From positions 1,024,001-1,088,000 of the forward strand of contig CAVSGM010000001.1 in assembly GCA_963727485.1 (NCBI GenBank): DNA of 64,000 bases, read 5' to 3'. The notes below the pieces were generated by a model. The model saw only the letters and a program-made list of their open reading frames with translations. It was not told the origin of the DNA and did no database searches. This document shows, piece after piece, positions 61,219 to 64,000 of this stretch (positions within the stretch are counted from its first letter, which is position 1; each line of letters begins with the position of its first letter). Both the position numbers and the translations under genes were made by a program. Source of the stretch: an uncultured delta proteobacterium (GTDB taxonomy: Bacteria; Myxococcota; Myxococcia; SLRQ01).

Positions 61219-63020
61219 TGGACCTCCACGACGCCAGCGCCCAGCTCGACGAGCTCAAGTCCCGGGTCGCCCTCGCCGAGACCGTCAACCAGATCAGCAC
61301 CTCCCTGGCCTCGTGCCTCGACCTCCCCAAGCTGGTCGGGGAGGTCATCGCCTCGGTCAAGGGGCTCCTCGAGGCCGAGGCCGCCACCGTCTTCCTCTAC
61401 GATCAGGCCTCGGGGGAGCTCACCTTCGACGCCGTCTCCGGCGGCGCCGAGGAGGAGGTGCGCAGCCTGCGCCTGAAGCCCGGCGAGGGTCTGGCCGGCT
61501 GGGTCGCCGAGCACCAGGCGGCCGTGGCCGTCGCCGACGTCCAGCACGATCCCCGCTTCAGCGGCCGCCTCGACGAGAAGACCGGCTTCGTCACCCGCAG
61601 CGTCGTCGCCGCGCCCCTGATGTTCCGGGGGCGCCTGGTGGGCGTGGTCGAGGCCGTCAACCGCACCCAGGGCCGATCGTTCTCCGACGCCGACGCCCGC
61701 ACCCTCGCCACCCTCGCCCCCCACGTGGCCGTGGCGTTGAACAACGCCGGGATCACCGCCGAGCTGGTGAGCAGCAAGGAGGGCCTGGAGGCCGAGGTCC
61801 AGCGGCGCCTGGTCCAGATCATCAACGGCAAGAAGGAGTGGGAGCGCACCTTCGACGCCATCGAGGACCCCCTGCTCATCATCGAGGCCGGCTACCGGGT
61901 GCGCCGCGCCAACCTCGCCGTCGCCGCCCGGTCGGGGCTGCCCATCGTCCAGGTCCCGGGGAAGCGCTGCTACGAGGTGGCCTTCGGCCGCGATGCCCCG
62001 TGCCCCGGCTGCCCCCTCGCCGAAGCCCTCGCCGGCAAGGCCGCCAGCGCCGTCCTCGAGCTCGACGGCGCCGTGTTCCAGGCGAGCCACTTCCCCATCG
62101 ACAACGGCGCCGGCGAGGTCTACGCGGCGGCGTGTACCTACCGGGACGTGACCGCGGCCCGGGAGATGGAGGCGCGCCTCCGCGAGGTGGAGAAGATGGC
62201 CTCGGTGGGCCAGCTCGCCGCCGGCGTGGCCCACGAGATCAACAACCCCATGGCCTTCCTCTCGTCGAACCTCTCGACCCTGCGCAGCTACTTCGACGAC
62301 CTGGGCTCGGTGGTGCGCAAGGTCCGGCTCCTGGCCCCGGTGGCCGACCGCGCCGCCGACGACCAGCTCCGGGAGGTGGTGCGGCGCCTCGCCCGGGCCG
62401 TGGGGACCGAGCTCGACCTCGACGACATCCTCACCGACGGCGTCGCCCTCCTCGACGAGTCCGAGGGCGGCGCGAAGCGGGTGACCCACATCGTCAGGCA
62501 GCTCCAGGCCTTCGCCAAGGAGAAGCGCTCCGCCGAGGAGGACGTCCGCCTCGCCGACAGCGTGGAGCGGGCGGTGCGCACCCTGGCCGCCGAGGTCCCC
62601 GGCGCCGAGGTCCAGGTGGCGCGCCACACCGACGCCCGGGTGCGGGTCTCGCCCATCTCCCTGGACCAGGCCCTGACCGCGCTCCTCCGCAACGCCGTCC
62701 AGGCCGCCCCGGGGGCGCCGGTGGACGTCACCGTGGACCTCGAGGACGACCTGGTGGTCCTGGCCGTCGAGGACCGCGGCGAAGGCATCCCCCAGGAGGT
62801 GCGCGGGCGCATCTTCGACCCGTTCTTCACCACCCGGGGCATCGGCGGCGGGCTGGGCCTGGGCCTCGCCACCGTCTACGCCACGGTCCGCCGCCACCGG
62901 GGCGTGGTCGAGGTCGAGGACCGCCCCGGCGGCGGCACCCGGATGGTGCTCAAGTTCCCGGTGGTGCCCGCCCTCCGGTCCTCGGCAACGGCGGTGGCCG
63001 TGTCCCGGGCCCACGGGTGA
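61218..63020 (+). CDS. Cytoplasmic GAF-PAS histidine kinase
   Basis: GAF (GEGLAGWV...DPRF...TGFVTRS), PAS-like with CY...CPGC, AHEINNP, FDPFFTT, GLGLGL. Confidence 0.93.
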   Translation: MDLHDASAQLDELKSRVALAETVNQISTSLASCLDLPKLVGEVIASVKGLLEAEAATVFLYDQASGELTFDAVSGGAEEEVRSLRLKPGEGLAGWVAEHQAAVAVADVQHDPRFSGRLDEKTGFVTRSVVAAPLMFRGRLVGVVEAVNRTQGRSFSDADARTLATLAPHVAVALNNAGITAELVSSKEGLEAEVQRRLVQIINGKKEWERTFDAIEDPLLIIEAGYRVRRANLAVAARSGLPIVQVPGKRCYEVAFGRDAPCPGCPLAEALAGKAASAVLELDGAVFQASHFPIDNGAGEVYAAACTYRDVTAAREMEARLREVEKMASVGQLAAGVAHEINNPMAFLSSNLSTLRSYFDDLGSVVRKVRLLAPVADRAADDQLREVVRRLARAVGTELDLDDILTDGVALLDESEGGAKRVTHIVRQLQAFAKEKRSAEEDVRLADSVERAVRTLAAEVPGAEVQVARHTDARVRVSPISLDQALTALLRNAVQAAPGAPVDVTVDLEDDLVVLAVEDRGEGIPQEVRGRIFDPFFTTRGIGGGLGLGLATVYATVRRHRGVVEVEDRPGGGTRMVLKFPVVPALRSSATAVAVSRAHG

Positions 63021-63080
63021 TCCACCCCCGACGGCCGCGCCCTGGCCGAGGGCGGGCCGGTGGGCTATGGTCGCTTGAAG

Positions 63081-64000
63081 ATGGCCAGCGACCCCCGGCT
63101 CCGCGCGCTCTGCGTCGAAGGCAATCCGCCGTCCCTCGGCGCCCTGCCGGCGCTCCTCGGCGAGGCCGGGTTCCAGGTCGACCGGGTGAGCTGGGAGGGC
63201 GCCCCCCACCGCTTCGCCGAGCGCGCCCCCGACCTGGTCGTCCTCCAGGGCGGCGGCCCCGGCGAGGGCTGGGAGTCCGTCCTCGACCAGGCCCGGGCCC
63301 TGCGCGACGGGGAGGTGTTCGTCCCGGTGATCCTCCTCGCCCCCCGGGGCTCGGTGACCCTTCGCATCCAGGGCCTGCGCCGGGGCGCCGACGAGTGCGT
63401 CGACCCCGACGGCGACGCCGAGGAGACCCTGGCCCGGGTCGAGGCCCTGATGCGCATCAAGGACATCCAGGACCGGATGATCCAGTCACGCCGGGACCTC
63501 AAGGACCGGGCGGTGGTCGACGCCCTCACCGGGGTCCTCGCCCGTCACCCCCTCCACGAGCGGTGCCGGGAGGAGCTCCACCGGGCCCGGCGCTACCATG
63601 ACCCCCTCTCGGTCCTCCTCGTCGATCTCGACGCCTTCCAGGACTTCAACGCCCACCACGGCGAGGGCGCCGGGGACGCGGCCCTCAAGGTGGTCGCCGG
63701 CCTCCTCAAGGAGGCCCTCCGGGACATCGACATCGTGGGCCGGCAGGCCGGAGACACCTTCTGCGTCCTCCTCCCCAGCACCCACCTCTCCGGGGCCCTC
63801 ACCGTCGCCGAGCGGGTCTGGCGCTCGGTCGCCGCCCACGCCTTCGGGGCCGGCGAGACCCGGTCCCGGATGACCTGCTCCATCGGCATCGCCTTCTTCC
63901 CCGCCCGGGGCGTCACCAGCCACGAGGACCTGCTGCGGGTCGCCCAGGAGGCCCTCCACCGGGCCAAGCGCGAGGGGAAGAACCGGATCTGCCTCTACCA
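63081..64000 (+). CDS. Pseudo-receiver plus degenerate GGDEF domain protein, 3' partial
   Basis: My translation from ATG 63081: ...DLVVLQG...VDALTG...LVDLDAF..FN..HG...GD..L...LRDIDIVGRQAGDTF...SIGIA...AKREGKNR. Absent from the ORF track because it runs off the end of the window. Confidence 0.88.
   Translation, partial: MASDPRLRALCVEGNPPSLGALPALLGEAGFQVDRVSWEGAPHRFAERAPDLVVLQGGGPGEGWESVLDQARALRDGEVFVPVILLAPRGSVTLRIQGLRRGADECVDPDGDAEETLARVEALMRIKDIQDRMIQSRRDLKDRAVVDALTGVLARHPLHERCREELHRARRYHDPLSVLLVDLDAFQDFNAHHGEGAGDAALKVVAGLLKEALRDIDIVGRQAGDTFCVLLPSTHLSGALTVAERVWRSVAAHAFGAGETRSRMTCSIGIAFFPARGVTSHEDLLRVAQEALHRAKREGKNRICLY

Overview
This is very GC-rich bacterial chromosome, most consistent with a Myxococcota/deltaproteobacterial genome (inferred from a Hanks-type kinase, Cys-rich lipoproteins, several sigma54 promoters and the rph-rdgB-tRNA...tRNA-Leu-tig-clpP-clpX-lon order). 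It holds about 57 protein-coding loci and 7 tRNAs. The main blocks are: an HD-GYP regulator, nth, a RAYT/Y1-type HUH transposase-like gene, kamA, a MoxR/DUF58/DUF4350/DUF4129/SpoIIM/RDD cluster, tig-clpP-clpX-lon, two-component systems, exported hydrolases (GH87-like glucanase, DUF5916 protein, PLD-family lipoprotein), panD, aguA-aguB, uup, quinol-dependent NO reductase and a degenerate GGDEF protein. Single-base indels break four genes, and more than a dozen break lon; these most likely reflect consensus errors. The most interesting signals are non-coding. They are a ~200-nt structured RNA bounded by a promoter and a terminator upstream of the Ser/Thr kinase, a leaderless Arg/Pro-rich uORF with alternative hairpins upstream of kamA, a PafBC/RecA-NDp-like promoter in front of the RAYT-like gene, and four sigma54-type promoters, three with distinct enhancer-like palindromes. 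No CRISPR array, prophage or integrase was seen. All family assignments come from motifs recognised by eye; no database searches were run.
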